58,947 bases of DNA from Patescibacteria group bacterium (GTDB taxonomy: Bacteria > Patescibacteriota > Minisyncoccia > Phycocordibacterales > UBA9973): the NCBI GenBank assembly GCA_038061925.1, contig JBBTYD010000007.1, positions 1 to 58,947 on the forward strand. Reading direction: 5' to 3'. The notes beneath the pieces are model-generated. The model saw nothing but the letters and a program-made list of their open reading frames with translations, did not search any database and was not told the DNA's origin. The position numbers and the translations under genes are program-made. Positions 31,454 to 41,246 of the stretch are shown piece by piece (the first letter of the stretch is position 1; the number at the start of each line of letters is the position of its first letter).

Positions 31454-33514
31454 TTAGATATCAATCTCCGCTAATTTAGCATTGGATTGAATAAAAGATT
31501 TACGAGGAGGAACTTCGGAACCCATAAGAATATCAAAGATTTTATTCGCTTCTTCCGCGTCATCAATATTCACTTTTTTAAGCACACGGTTCGCCGGATC
31601 CATCGTTGTTTCCCAGAGTTCCTCTGGATTCATTTCTCCTAAACCTTTAAAGCGTTGAATATGCATTTTATTAGTTTTAGTTTCAGCGCTCTCTTTTTCT
31701 TCCATTGTCTCACCAGAATCATTTACAACATCGACAGACTGTATGTCACTTATATTCGCGCCCTTGCCAACAATTTTTAACTTTTCTTCGTCCGTATAAG
31801 CATATAAAATCTCTTTACCTTTTTTTATTTTATAAAGTGGCGGTTGGGCAATATAAATATATCCAGCATCAATCACCTGTCTGAAATATCGATAAAAAAG
31901 CGTCAAAAGCAAGGTGCGAATATGCGAGCCATCAACATCGGCATCAGTCGCGATAATTATTTTATGATAACGCATTTTAGAGAGATCGAAAGTATCTCCA
32001 ATCGAAGTACCCATAGCGATAACCAAAGATTTTACTTCTTTGGAAGCAAGCATTTTATCTATCCGCGCCCGCTCAACATTTAAAATTTTTCCACGCAGGG
32101 GCAAGATTGCCTGGATCCGGCGGTCTCTACCCTGTTTAGCACTACCTCCTGCTGAATCTCCCTCCACCAAGAATAATTCTGATTCTTCGGCATTTTTGCT
32201 TTGGCAATCTGCTAACTTGCCAGGAAGGGTCATCCCCTCTAGAGCGCCTTTTCGCAGAATTGAGTCTTTCGCAGCTTTGGCGGCCTTGCGAGCTTTAAGA
32301 GCTAAAATAGACTTATTTATTATGGCCTTTGCCTCATCAGGGTTTTCTTCTAAAAAATTATTAAAGGCTTCGCCAAACACTGTAGCGACAGCTCCTTGGG
32401 CTTCCATGCTCCCCAGTTTCGCTTTTGTTTGACCTTCAAATTGGATCTCGCGAAGTTTTACAGAAATAGCAACCGTCAATCCTTCTAAAACATCTTCGCC
32501 GGTAAATCCCCCTTCTGATTCTTTCATCATTTCTCGCTTCTTGCAGTAAGTATTTAAAGTCCTCGTGAGCGCGGTCTTAAAACCTGTCACATGGGTGCCA
32601 CCTTCAGGTGTGTTGATATTATTGGCGAAAGGAATAATACGATCACTTATGTCATCCACATACTGCAGAGCAATCTCTACTCCTACGCCATCCAATTCCT
32701 TTTCAACGTAAAAAATATTGCTCTGGATAGGTTTTTGAAATTTATTATAATATTTTATAAGAGAAATAAGTCCACCTTCAAAGTAAAAAGAAATCGAAGG
32801 AAGCTCTAATCCAAGTTCTTTAAAATAAAAAACATCTGCTAGGTCTATTTTTTCTTTCAACTCGCGGGCATCGACTATTAGAATTTTTAATCCCTTTACT
32901 AAATAAGCCTGTTGACGAATATGATTGACTATCGTTGTCCAATCAAATTTAATATCTTTGAAAATTTCTTGATCCGGTTCAAAAGTCACAATCGTGCCAT
33001 GAAGTTTTGAGTTAATTGTTTTTCTGACCGCAAATTTGTTCTTGCCTTGAGAATATTCTTGTTCATACTTGCCACCATCCCTGTGTACTTCTACTTTACA
33101 AAAAATAGAAAGAGCGTTTACCACTGACGCGCCCACCCCATGCAAACCGCCAGAAACTTTATACCCTTCGCCGCCAAATTTACCACCAGCGTGCAGAGTG
33201 GTCATCACAGTCTCCAGAGCGGAAACTTTTGTTTTTTTATGAATATCCACCGGTATTCCTCGGCCATTGTCCGCTATTCGCACACGATTGCCTGGAAGAA
33301 GCACCACTTCAATATCATTGCAAAAACCTCCCATCGCTTCATCGCGTGAGTTATCAAAAACCTCCCAGACTAAATGATGAAGCCCTTCCGGACCGGTGGT
33401 GCCAATATACATCCCAGGCCGACGCCGGACGGGCTCCAGACCCTCTAAGACCGAGATATCCGAGGCGTCATAATGATGCGCTTTATCAGCTTTTATTTTC
33501 TTTTCTTTTGCCAT
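31454..33514 (-). CDS. gyrB: DNA gyrase subunit B
   Basis: RRRPGMYIG, EGDSAGG, PLRGKILN, DADVDGSHI, RFKGLGEMN. Confidence 0.97.
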   Translation of the reverse strand: MAKEKKIKADKAHHYDASDISVLEGLEPVRRRPGMYIGTTGPEGLHHLVWEVFDNSRDEAMGGFCNDIEVVLLPGNRVRIADNGRGIPVDIHKKTKVSALETVMTTLHAGGKFGGEGYKVSGGLHGVGASVVNALSIFCKVEVHRDGGKYEQEYSQGKNKFAVRKTINSKLHGTIVTFEPDQEIFKDIKFDWTTIVNHIRQQAYLVKGLKILIVDARELKEKIDLADVFYFKELGLELPSISFYFEGGLISLIKYYNKFQKPIQSNIFYVEKELDGVGVEIALQYVDDISDRIIPFANNINTPEGGTHVTGFKTALTRTLNTYCKKREMMKESEGGFTGEDVLEGLTVAISVKLREIQFEGQTKAKLGSMEAQGAVATVFGEAFNNFLEENPDEAKAIINKSILALKARKAAKAAKDSILRKGALEGMTLPGKLADCQSKNAEESELFLVEGDSAGGSAKQGRDRRIQAILPLRGKILNVERARIDKMLASKEVKSLVIAMGTSIGDTFDLSKMRYHKIIIATDADVDGSHIRTLLLTLFYRYFRQVIDAGYIYIAQPPLYKIKKGKEILYAYTDEEKLKIVGKGANISDIQSVDVVNDSGETMEEKESAETKTNKMHIQRFKGLGEMNPEELWETTMDPANRVLKKVNIDDAEEANKIFDILMGSEVPPRKSFIQSNAKLAEIDI

Positions 33515-33551
33515 AATACGCTTTGATTATAACAAATTTTTGTGGATAATG

Positions 33552-35447
33552 CTATCTTACCTGCCAATCATTATTTTCTTTAATTTTATTAGTTATTTTA
33601 ATCATATTTTCATTTACTTCAATATCTGTCAGAGTCCGGTCGTAAGACTGAAAAACTAATCTAAAGGCATACGAGATTTGGTTACCTTTCTTGAATTCAT
33701 CAAAAAGTTCTGGACCTCGGATTACCATATCTCCCATATTTTTTTTTATTATATTTTTGACTTCTGAGCTTTTTACATTTTCCGGCACCCAGACAGCTAT
33801 ATCACGCGCGATGAAAGGAAATAAAGACCACATCTGAAATAAAAGAGGCTTTAGTGAAGAATTCTTATTTTTTTTTTGTAAAAGAAAATCTTCTTTAAAA
33901 GAGACTTGGAAGCGCGACGGCGCGAGCACGAGGAATTTTTCAGCAGAAAAATATCCGTGCTCTTTGGAAGAAGAATTCTCTAGAACAAATTCTTCAAGCG
34001 TCGTTTCTTTTATCTCTTTTTTATCTCCATACGCAATATGCATCTCTTCCCCCGTCTTTTTAAATATCGTTCCAATTTCAAAAATCTTGACCTGATTAAT
34101 TCCCAAAAATAGAGCATTTAATTGATTAAGTTTGCTACTTTCTTTAAGACCATCAGTTAAATTTGTGCGTAAAAATTTCTTATCAGAAGCACTGTTTTGC
34201 ACTTCCACTTCCCCTTTATCGCAAAAAGTATAAGTCATCACTTCGAAGTATCCATCACTGAGTAATCTATTTTTCGCCCAACAAATTTTCGCATACGTTT
34301 CATTTTGTTTTGGTTTAAAACTTATTTTAGGAATATTTCCTTTTATCTTATCGTATCCAAGAATTCTCGCCATTTCTTCCGCCATATCTTCTTCAATTTC
34401 TAAATCAAGGCGCATCGGCGGCACGGTCATTAGAAACTTGGTAGTCGGAGTACCAAGTGGTACTCCGACTACCAAGTCGTATGTAAAATTATATCTTTTT
34501 AAAATATCCTTTATCGTAGTTACCGAAACATCAAGACCTAAAATGTCTGAGATTCTATTAGCCGAAAATGAAAGTTTTTTTTCTTTTTGTTTTTTGGGAT
34601 AAGTATCGACGATATCTTCAAAAATAGCTCCAGGACACATTTCAAAAATAAGCGCGGAAAGTTCCCTCATCGCATAAGAACCCAATTCTGGAGATAAATT
34701 ATTTTCAAAACGTTTTCGAGCGTCAGTAAAAATATTTAAAGCTTGAGCCGTTTTCCTGACACTCATAGGATCAAAATTAGCAACTTCAATAATTATATTT
34801 TTTGTATTTTCGTCAACCTCCGCAATCTTTCCGCCTTTTATTCCGGCCAGAGCTAAAACATTCTTCGAATCAGCAATAACAAGGTGGAAATTTTTTAATT
34901 TTATTTCTTTATTATCCAATGTGACTATCTCTTCACCAGCCTGCGCGTCACGCACCATTATTCCACCCTTTATTTTATCCAAATCAAAAGCATGTGTCGG
35001 CTGTCCGCAGTCAAACATCACAATATTTGCAGCATCCACAATATTATTTATGCTTCTCTGCCCTATCGATTCTAAATGTTTCACTACCCAGTCTGGACTA
35101 GAACCAACTTTCACACTTCTTATTATTCTACCCATATATCTTGGACATTTGTCGATCTTTATTTCTATCAGCAAATTAGTTGATTTAGACTCCGGAATTT
35201 TATATTTTGGTGTTGGATCAACATATTTTATATTCAAAAGTGAAGCTAGCTCACGAGCAACACCCTGATGAGAAAGTAAATCATGCGCGCGGTTCGGCAA
35301 TATTTTTAAATCAAAAATAACATCCCCATCCAGCTTTTTCTCCGCAGTCTCAACTTCACAAAGATGATAATTAAAAATATCTACCAGTTTATTTGCATCT
35401 GGCGCCTTCGGTATATACTGTTTAAGCCAATTGTAAGAAATTTTCAT
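33552..35447 (-). CDS. pheT: Phenylalanyl-tRNA synthetase beta subunit, shortened, with two palindromic insertions
   Basis: MKISYNWLKQY start, PNRAHDLLSH.GVARE, RDIAVW, FDX-ACB C-terminus. Confidence 0.93.
   Translation of the reverse strand: MKISYNWLKQYIPKAPDANKLVDIFNYHLCEVETAEKKLDGDVIFDLKILPNRAHDLLSHQGVARELASLLNIKYVDPTPKYKIPESKSTNLLIEIKIDKCPRYMGRIIRSVKVGSSPDWVVKHLESIGQRSINNIVDAANIVMFDCGQPTHAFDLDKIKGGIMVRDAQAGEEIVTLDNKEIKLKNFHLVIADSKNVLALAGIKGGKIAEVDENTKNIIIEVANFDPMSVRKTAQALNIFTDARKRFENNLSPELGSYAMRELSALIFEMCPGAIFEDIVDTYPKKQKEKKLSFSANRISDILGLDVSVTTIKDILKRYNFTYDLVVGVPLGTPTTKFLMTVPPMRLDLEIEEDMAEEMARILGYDKIKGNIPKISFKPKQNETYAKICWAKNRLLSDGYFEVMTYTFCDKGEVEVQNSASDKKFLRTNLTDGLKESSKLNQLNALFLGINQVKIFEIGTIFKKTGEEMHIAYGDKKEIKETTLEEFVLENSSSKEHGYFSAEKFLVLAPSRFQVSFKEDFLLQKKNKNSSLKPLLFQMWSLFPFIARDIAVWVPENVKSSEVKNIIKKNMGDMVIRGPELFDEFKKGNQISYAFRLVFQSYDRTLTDIEVNENMIKITNKIKENNDWQVR
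33856..33979. repeat. Probable 114-bp in-frame insertion in pheT bounded by 10-bp direct repeats
   Basis: GAAGAATTCT at 33856 and 33970 (114 nt apart); inner hairpin GAGCACG...CGTGCTC at 33924-33962. Confidence 0.6.
34436..34477. repeat. 42-bp palindrome in frame inside pheT
   Basis: ACTTGGTAGTCGGAGTACCA-AG-TGGTACTCCGACTACCAAGT; encodes DLVVGVPLGTPTTK. Confidence 0.93.
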
Positions 35448-35461
35448 ATCAAAATCGAAAA

Positions 35462-36181
35462 TTAAAATTGATTCAGCCTTAAATCTCCCTGATAAAAAAG
35501 ACGCACATCGGGAATACCCCATTTTATCATCGCAATCCGGTCAAGCCCTCCACCAAAAGCGAAACCTTGCACCTTGGCGGGATCCAGACCAATATTGCGC
35601 AAAACATTCGGGTGCAACATTCCCGCACCCATCATCTCGAGCCATTTACCTTTAAATTTAGCAAATACTTCAATGGAGGGTTCAGTAAAAGGGAAAAAAC
35701 TCGGCCTGAATTCTATCTCCACATTTTCCCCCAGCATTTTTTTATAAAAAAGAGTCAGCACGCCTTTCAAATCAGCCAGAGAAATATCCTCTCCCACCAT
35801 TACTCCATCTATCTGAAAAAACTGCATCTCGTGAGTTATATCTGTGGCTTCGTTTCTAAATACTTTTCCGATTGAAATAAAGGCGCAAGGCATCCTGCCC
35901 GCCTTACCCGCCTGTTCAATCGCGCGAGCGGTGACCGTCGTGGTATGAGTGCGAAGCACAGCTGAGCCTGGATGCTTCCCATTTTTTATCCAAAAAGTGT
36001 CTTGCATGTCCAGCGCCGGATGATCTTTGGAAAAGTTCAAGACATAAAAGTTATACCAGTCGTTTTCCAGTTCCGGCCCGATCGCAATTTCAAAACCCAT
36101 ATCGGAAAAAGCTTGGTACGCTTGATTTGTCAATCTAGAAAACGGATGCATTGTGCCTTTTTGCTTATTTTCATCGGTCAT
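35462..36181 (-). CDS. pheS: Phenylalanyl-tRNA synthetase alpha subunit, N-terminally truncated
   Basis: HPALDMQDTF, LRTHTT, FRNE, FPFTEPS, GFAFGGGLDR. Confidence 0.96.
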   Translation of the reverse strand: MTDENKQKGTMHPFSRLTNQAYQAFSDMGFEIAIGPELENDWYNFYVLNFSKDHPALDMQDTFWIKNGKHPGSAVLRTHTTTVTARAIEQAGKAGRMPCAFISIGKVFRNEATDITHEMQFFQIDGVMVGEDISLADLKGVLTLFYKKMLGENVEIEFRPSFFPFTEPSIEVFAKFKGKWLEMMGAGMLHPNVLRNIGLDPAKVQGFAFGGGLDRIAMIKWGIPDVRLFYQGDLRLNQF

Positions 36182-36236
36182 ACAGCTATCTTATCGATAA
36201 AAAGACAAAATTACAAGATTTTGGTACAATCAAAGA

Positions 36237-36350
36237 GTGAACAAAGAAACAAGAAAGACCTATATGATTTTAATCATCGTCACCATTGTTTTCGCCTTAT
36301 TGGGTTTCTATTTGGGCTGGTTGGACAATGGCCCGAGACCAGCATTTTAA
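36237..36350 (+). CDS. Small single-TM protein (37 aa); not in the ORF track
   Basis: MNKETRKTYMILIIVTIVFALLGFYLGWLDNGPRPAF; GTG lies 6 nt after TGGTACAAT; stop overlaps the convergent helicase stop. Confidence 0.55.
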   Translation: MNKETRKTYMILIIVTIVFALLGFYLGWLDNGPRPAF

Positions 36351-39334
36351 ATTCTATAAATTTCTGCCATTTGGCAATATTCACATTCTGTGTTTTTTCC
36401 GTAAGAATTATAGTTACAAGAACGGTTCACCCATTCTCCTTTTTTGATAGATTGATCATAATCTTTTATGTCTTGAATAAGTAAATCAATCTGCTCTTTT
36501 TTGACCACTGTTTTATATATACTTTCTTCCTCATTTTTTGCCTCTAAAAATTCCAAACGTGACTCGCGCACATTCATTCTCCATTTTGGATTTTGTTTTA
36601 TCAAGTAAGAATACATCGCCAACTGACGTAAATATGAATTCATTCTTCCTTCGAAATCTTTTTTTTCAATTTCAGATTTTTTTCTAATACTTCCAGTTTT
36701 GAAATCTGTCACCCGCGCATTTTTAGCATCCAAATTTTCTATCAAATCTATTTTTCCATAAATATTCAAGTGTGGAAATCTATCGTCAATGAAAGATATG
36801 CTTTGTTCATTTTCTCTTTTTTTATTTATCTCCCCTAGTCTAGCCTTTGTCCATTTTAAGATAATTTTAAAAGCCAGATTAAATAATTCTTTTTGCTTCC
36901 TTTCATCACCAAAATCTGATTTTCGCACTTGCTGTAAAATTATATTTTCTAAATCTTCTTCATTCGGCTTTTTAGATAATTCCAAAATTGCATCTATAGA
37001 CCTATGCACAATATTTCCAAATTCCAGACTTTCAGATTTCGGTTCCGGCAATTGAAGTAGGTTTCTGAAATACCATTTCCAGGGACATTCAAAAAAATTA
37101 TTTAAAAGGGATACAGATACTTTCTTGTTTTCATAATCTTGCGCGACTAATTTCACTAAATCCGGTAAACTAGTGTGTTTTTCTTCCTTTAATTTTTTCT
37201 CCACATACGCTCGCTCGTCATTTTGAAGAATGATTTTCTCTGTTTCAATAGCATTTTGTTTTTCAAAATTATTTTGCATATCAGAGACAATATGCGTGAG
37301 CTCTTGATTTCCTCCGGTATAAGATTTTGATGCGTAAGAAATTGTGCAGAATCTTTTAGCGCGAGTCATCGCAACGTATAATTCGCGTTTCAAAACTATT
37401 TCATCTTTTTTTTCAACCATTTCTTTTGCAAATAAAGGCAAAGTAAAACCTTCACGCTTGCTTCCGGCAAAAGACTTTTCATCCATATGAGCGATCCACA
37501 CATAATCAAATTCAAGTCCTTTTGACCCATGCAAAGTAAGAACCTTTACCCCCTCATTTGGAGAAAATATTGTAAGTGGGATATTCTCTCCATATTCTTC
37601 CACTCTTTCTAAAAAATTCAAGAAATTTTTTAGATCAATTTTGGGATTTTTCTCTTTTTGCCTTAATACTAAATGGAGCATTGTGCGTATAACTTCAATT
37701 CGAGTCACTAGCTCTTCGTGATTTTTTGCAGTATCAAGTAAAAATTCTGTTCCGACTTTTTGAATAAAAGAATAAAGAGGCTCGGTCGAAGATGCGATCC
37801 ATCGTCTTAATTTATCAATCCAAATATTTACCTCGTTGGGACTATCAAATAAATTGTTTTTTCCTTGAACAACACTTAAAAGAGAAAAATCACGCATTTT
37901 ATTGTCTCTTATAAACTCATAAGCTTTCAGAGGTGAAACAATTGAATTTTTATCGAAAAAAGATTCGGCTAACATCGTACCATCTTCTGGATTTGCTATA
38001 ATTTTCAAAACTCGCAAAAACGAAATAGCTTCATTTGCATCAAAAAAATTCATAGCCTCGCCTCCGGCAACTGGCACACCCATATCTTTCAAGATAGTAA
38101 TCGCGCTTTCTACTTGACGATTCTTGGGCATTAAAATTGCCATATCATTTACATAATCACCCTTTTTTATTTTATCTTTTATCTCTAATCCACTTAGGAT
38201 AATTTCATCTCTCGGATAATAAGCTTCAATCAGACGTAAAGCGTGATTTTCTTTGCGATTACTTTTAAGATGACCTTGGGAAATGGAACTTTGAAGTAAA
38301 TTATCAGAAGAATCTAGAATTTTTTGAGTCGAACGGTAATTTTCGGATAGAGTGATAAGTTTTGTTTTGCCAAAAGTATTTTTAAAGTTTTCAAAATATT
38401 CAAGCGATGCTCCTCCAAAACCGTAAATAAGCTGACGATCATCTCCAACCACGAAAATATTTGGTTTTTCCTCGTGTTCCCAAACTTTGGACAGAAATTC
38501 ATTCTGCACCCCGCTTGAGTCTTGATGCTCATCGATTAAAACATAAAGGAAATTCTCCTTAATATAATTATTTGCCTCCTCTGATTCCTCTACAATAAAA
38601 ACAAGAGACTCTAAAATATCATCATAATCAAATAAATTTTTTTCTTTTTTCAGAAGCTCATAAAAGATGTAAAATTTCACAGCTTCTAGCGTGCGATAAA
38701 GACTTTCAATCTTTTTTTCTAATTCTTTTTTTATCTTACCTTTACTTTCTCCCCTAGAAGAAATACTCAGAGGATTTTCTTTAATATTTTTTATTTCTTT
38801 ATTAATTTCATCTTCAATTTTCTGGGGAGTTATGCGTTCTCTTTTTAAAAAAGAGATTAAACTTTTTAAATCCTTAAAATATCGTGATATATCAGAGCGT
38901 GGACGAATATATTCCCATTCTTGTTTTTGTAAAACTTCATCATAGAGAGCGATTGAGTCTTTCTCATCCATTAATTCTGGTTTTTCGTCAAACCCCAGTA
39001 CATTATAATATTTATCAAGTATTTCCATACCAAAACTATGAAATGTAGAAATATTAACTCTTGAAACTTCTGGACCGATATATTTACGTAATCTTTCCCT
39101 CATGGCTTTAACCGCAGAATTTGTAAAGGTAAGACATAAAATACCGTCTGCTTTTGTGTCTGTTTTTAAGAGAATATTGCCAATACGTAAAGCCAATATT
39201 TGCGTCTTGCCCGTCCCCGGACCCGCCACCACCATTACCGGCCCATCAATAGTATCCACCGCTTCTTTCTGAGCTTTATTTAACTTTTTATATTCTTTAT
39301 TATATTCAATATATCCTTCAAATTTAGATGCCAT
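36347..39334 (-). CDS. UvrD/PcrA-like helicase with a C-terminal PD-(D/E)XK nuclease (AddA/AdnAB-like)
   Basis: AGPGTGKT, IDEHQD, VGDDRQLIY, NYRS, HGSKGLEF, YVAMTRA; GKIDLIE, DFKTG, QLAMY, Cys cluster. Confidence 0.9.
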   Translation of the reverse strand: MASKFEGYIEYNKEYKKLNKAQKEAVDTIDGPVMVVAGPGTGKTQILALRIGNILLKTDTKADGILCLTFTNSAVKAMRERLRKYIGPEVSRVNISTFHSFGMEILDKYYNVLGFDEKPELMDEKDSIALYDEVLQKQEWEYIRPRSDISRYFKDLKSLISFLKRERITPQKIEDEINKEIKNIKENPLSISSRGESKGKIKKELEKKIESLYRTLEAVKFYIFYELLKKEKNLFDYDDILESLVFIVEESEEANNYIKENFLYVLIDEHQDSSGVQNEFLSKVWEHEEKPNIFVVGDDRQLIYGFGGASLEYFENFKNTFGKTKLITLSENYRSTQKILDSSDNLLQSSISQGHLKSNRKENHALRLIEAYYPRDEIILSGLEIKDKIKKGDYVNDMAILMPKNRQVESAITILKDMGVPVAGGEAMNFFDANEAISFLRVLKIIANPEDGTMLAESFFDKNSIVSPLKAYEFIRDNKMRDFSLLSVVQGKNNLFDSPNEVNIWIDKLRRWIASSTEPLYSFIQKVGTEFLLDTAKNHEELVTRIEVIRTMLHLVLRQKEKNPKIDLKNFLNFLERVEEYGENIPLTIFSPNEGVKVLTLHGSKGLEFDYVWIAHMDEKSFAGSKREGFTLPLFAKEMVEKKDEIVLKRELYVAMTRAKRFCTISYASKSYTGGNQELTHIVSDMQNNFEKQNAIETEKIILQNDERAYVEKKLKEEKHTSLPDLVKLVAQDYENKKVSVSLLNNFFECPWKWYFRNLLQLPEPKSESLEFGNIVHRSIDAILELSKKPNEEDLENIILQQVRKSDFGDERKQKELFNLAFKIILKWTKARLGEINKKRENEQSISFIDDRFPHLNIYGKIDLIENLDAKNARVTDFKTGSIRKKSEIEKKDFEGRMNSYLRQLAMYSYLIKQNPKWRMNVRESRLEFLEAKNEEESIYKTVVKKEQIDLLIQDIKDYDQSIKKGEWVNRSCNYNSYGKNTECEYCQMAEIYRI

Positions 39335-39341
39335 TTTTATA

Positions 39342-40259
39342 TTATACCCTATTATTCAAGGCTATTTTTGATTTAAAGAAGAAAAATCCAATTATTAGAA
39401 ATGTGGCAAGTGGAGAAATATATTCCGGAATATAAGCGCCAAAACTATGTAAGATCATAATAATACCTAAAACTAATATGGAATACATCGCGCCATTTTT
39501 TAAATAAATATACTTTTTAATATGTTCTATATTTTGGATTGTTAACTTTCTGATTAATAATGCGCCAAAGCCATTGCCGAGCAAAATCAAAGGCACCGAA
39601 AGAGTAAAAGCAAAAGCGCCCAGCACACCGTCAATGGAGAAAGTAGTATCAATTATTTCCAGAAAAAAAAGTTTACTTAAATCTGAATGTCCGCCATCAA
39701 GTAGTTTTTTTTCTTGTGCTTCCGCATTTTGTTTAAAACCATGAGTAATAAAAAACAAACTTGATCCAACAATCGCACCAAATCCCATTAAAATATTCTT
39801 TTCTAGCGCAAACCATGAAATTACTGTCAGCAAGATAGAAACCACTGCATAGAACCAGATTCCTTGATTCATAAAAAATTTCTCTGTTCTAGGCAAACCT
39901 AATTTTTTATCTTCCAGAAAAAGCCAATGCAAAAAAAGAAAAATCAAAAATACCCCACCCGCCACAAGCAATATGGGAGCTGATTTATTGATAGATTCTA
40001 AAACCAAAGGATCGCTTGACCAAGCAGCCGATAAAACTTGCCCGACATTGAGTTGGACATTAAAAGACCAAATGATAATAAAAGGAAGAATTCCGCGCAC
40101 TAGAAAAACCGCAATAAACATTCCCCAAGTCAAAAACCACTTTTTCCCCCGCTCACTTACCTTGGTAAGCACTTCCGCATTAATAATGGCGTTATCCACA
40201 GATGAAACCGCCTCAAAAAGTGATAAACCAATTATTGTAATTAAAGCAGAAAATATCAT
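39342..40259 (-). CDS. TerC-family (DUF475) membrane protein
   Basis: EAVSSVDNAIINA, EIIDTTFSIDGVLGAFA. Confidence 0.85.
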   Translation of the reverse strand: MIFSALITIIGLSLFEAVSSVDNAIINAEVLTKVSERGKKWFLTWGMFIAVFLVRGILPFIIIWSFNVQLNVGQVLSAAWSSDPLVLESINKSAPILLVAGGVFLIFLFLHWLFLEDKKLGLPRTEKFFMNQGIWFYAVVSILLTVISWFALEKNILMGFGAIVGSSLFFITHGFKQNAEAQEKKLLDGGHSDLSKLFFLEIIDTTFSIDGVLGAFAFTLSVPLILLGNGFGALLIRKLTIQNIEHIKKYIYLKNGAMYSILVLGIIMILHSFGAYIPEYISPLATFLIIGFFFFKSKIALNNRV

Positions 40260-40321
40260 TATCGTATTCTACTCTACTTGTCTTTAGTTGCCAATTTTAT
40301 CCTTTTTAAATTCTGCTTGCG

Positions 40322-40336
40322 TTAGGCAAGGCCTAG
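40322..40336. repeat. Copy of the RAYT-flanking REP
   Basis: TTAGGCAAGGCCTAG upstream of tRNA-Ser. Confidence 0.8.
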
Positions 40337-40390
40337 CGTAATAATTTACTCCTTTCTTTTTGCAGAAAATAATGTAAATTAAGAGATATT

Positions 40391-40475
40391 GGAGGGTTCG
40401 CATAGTGGTCTAGTGCGCACGCTTGGAAAGCGTGTGTGGAGCAATCCACCAGGAGTTCGAATCTCCTACCCTCCG
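40391..40475 (+). tRNA. tRNA-Ser(GGA)
   Basis: Anticodon arm CACGC-TT GGA AA-GCGTG, long variable arm GTGGA/TCCAC, TTCGAAT, G73. Confidence 0.95.
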
Positions 40476-40597
40476 CAGTCAGTATTTAGTATCGGGCTAT
40501 GCTGAGAGCTATATTTTACAACGGCTAGAAACCTCTCTGGGCTTGATATCCCATGCATTGCAGTGGCAGATTCTTTTATATATGCTAGAATTTTTTT

Positions 40598-41203
40598 ATG
40601 AAACTGCCCAAAAATATTCCTTTAGATAAAGAAGGTCAGTATTGCATCAACTGTTTTTCTGGTCTCGTTGAGCGTGTCTATTAAAGTAATTTGACCTATT
40701 ATAAATGCGATTCGTGTAATCAGGTATTAGAGCGGAGCGTAGTGATGGATAATAAAATAGAATGGTGGGTTGATGAGCGAGGAAATTACTGGCACGAAAG
40801 TGTTGGGATAATTGCTGTCAACAAAAACAATAAAATGTTTTGTATGTTACGAAAAATCTTTCCGTTTTCTTATACGTTACCAGCTGGTCATTTAGATAAA
40901 GGAGAAAAACCAAAAAAGTCTGCGGTGCGGGAGCTTGAGGAGGAGACTGGCATTTAAGCGACAGCTGGCCAACTGGAACTCATAGAAGAATTTGATATGC
41001 CAAGAGATTCGTGCCGAAGGGGCAGCGATCATCACAAATGGCATTTGTATAGACTCAAGCCTTCTGAAGAAGGCCAGATCGTCTTGTCTGATGAGGCATC
41101 GACAGCAAATTGGTATAGTCTCGATGAGTTGAAAAGAATGGATAACCTAAGTTTCGCTTTGAATTTCATAGTAAATAAATTCGGGAAGTCTCTTACAGAA
41201 TAA
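40598..41203 (+). pseudogene. Zn-ribbon plus Nudix hydrolase with two in-frame TAA stops (40682 and 40955)
   Basis: One frame from ATG 40598 (CINC...RVY*SNLTYYKCDSC...AGHLDKGEKPKKSAVRELEEETGI*ATAGQLEL...) joins the two ORF-track pieces. Confidence 0.8.
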
Positions 41204-41227
41204 ATATATTTACATCAAGGAGTTTAC

Positions 41228-41246
41228 ATCAAGGAGTATCCTTGAT
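41228..41246. repeat. REP-like palindrome containing the pyrG stop, with a tandem partial copy
   Basis: ATCAAGGA-GTA-TCCTTGAT; TTTACATCAAGGAG duplicated at 41209 and 41223. Confidence 0.85.

Noticed and set aside
33541-33549. Perfect DnaA boxes (TTATCCACA) upstream of gyrB and at 7754-7762
   Set aside because: Isolated single boxes; a rough estimate gives about one chance match per window of this size and composition; no cluster indicating oriC.
40476-40597. Prophage or integrase remnant after tRNA-Ser
   Set aside because: No tRNA 3'-end duplication or integrase motif could be identified.
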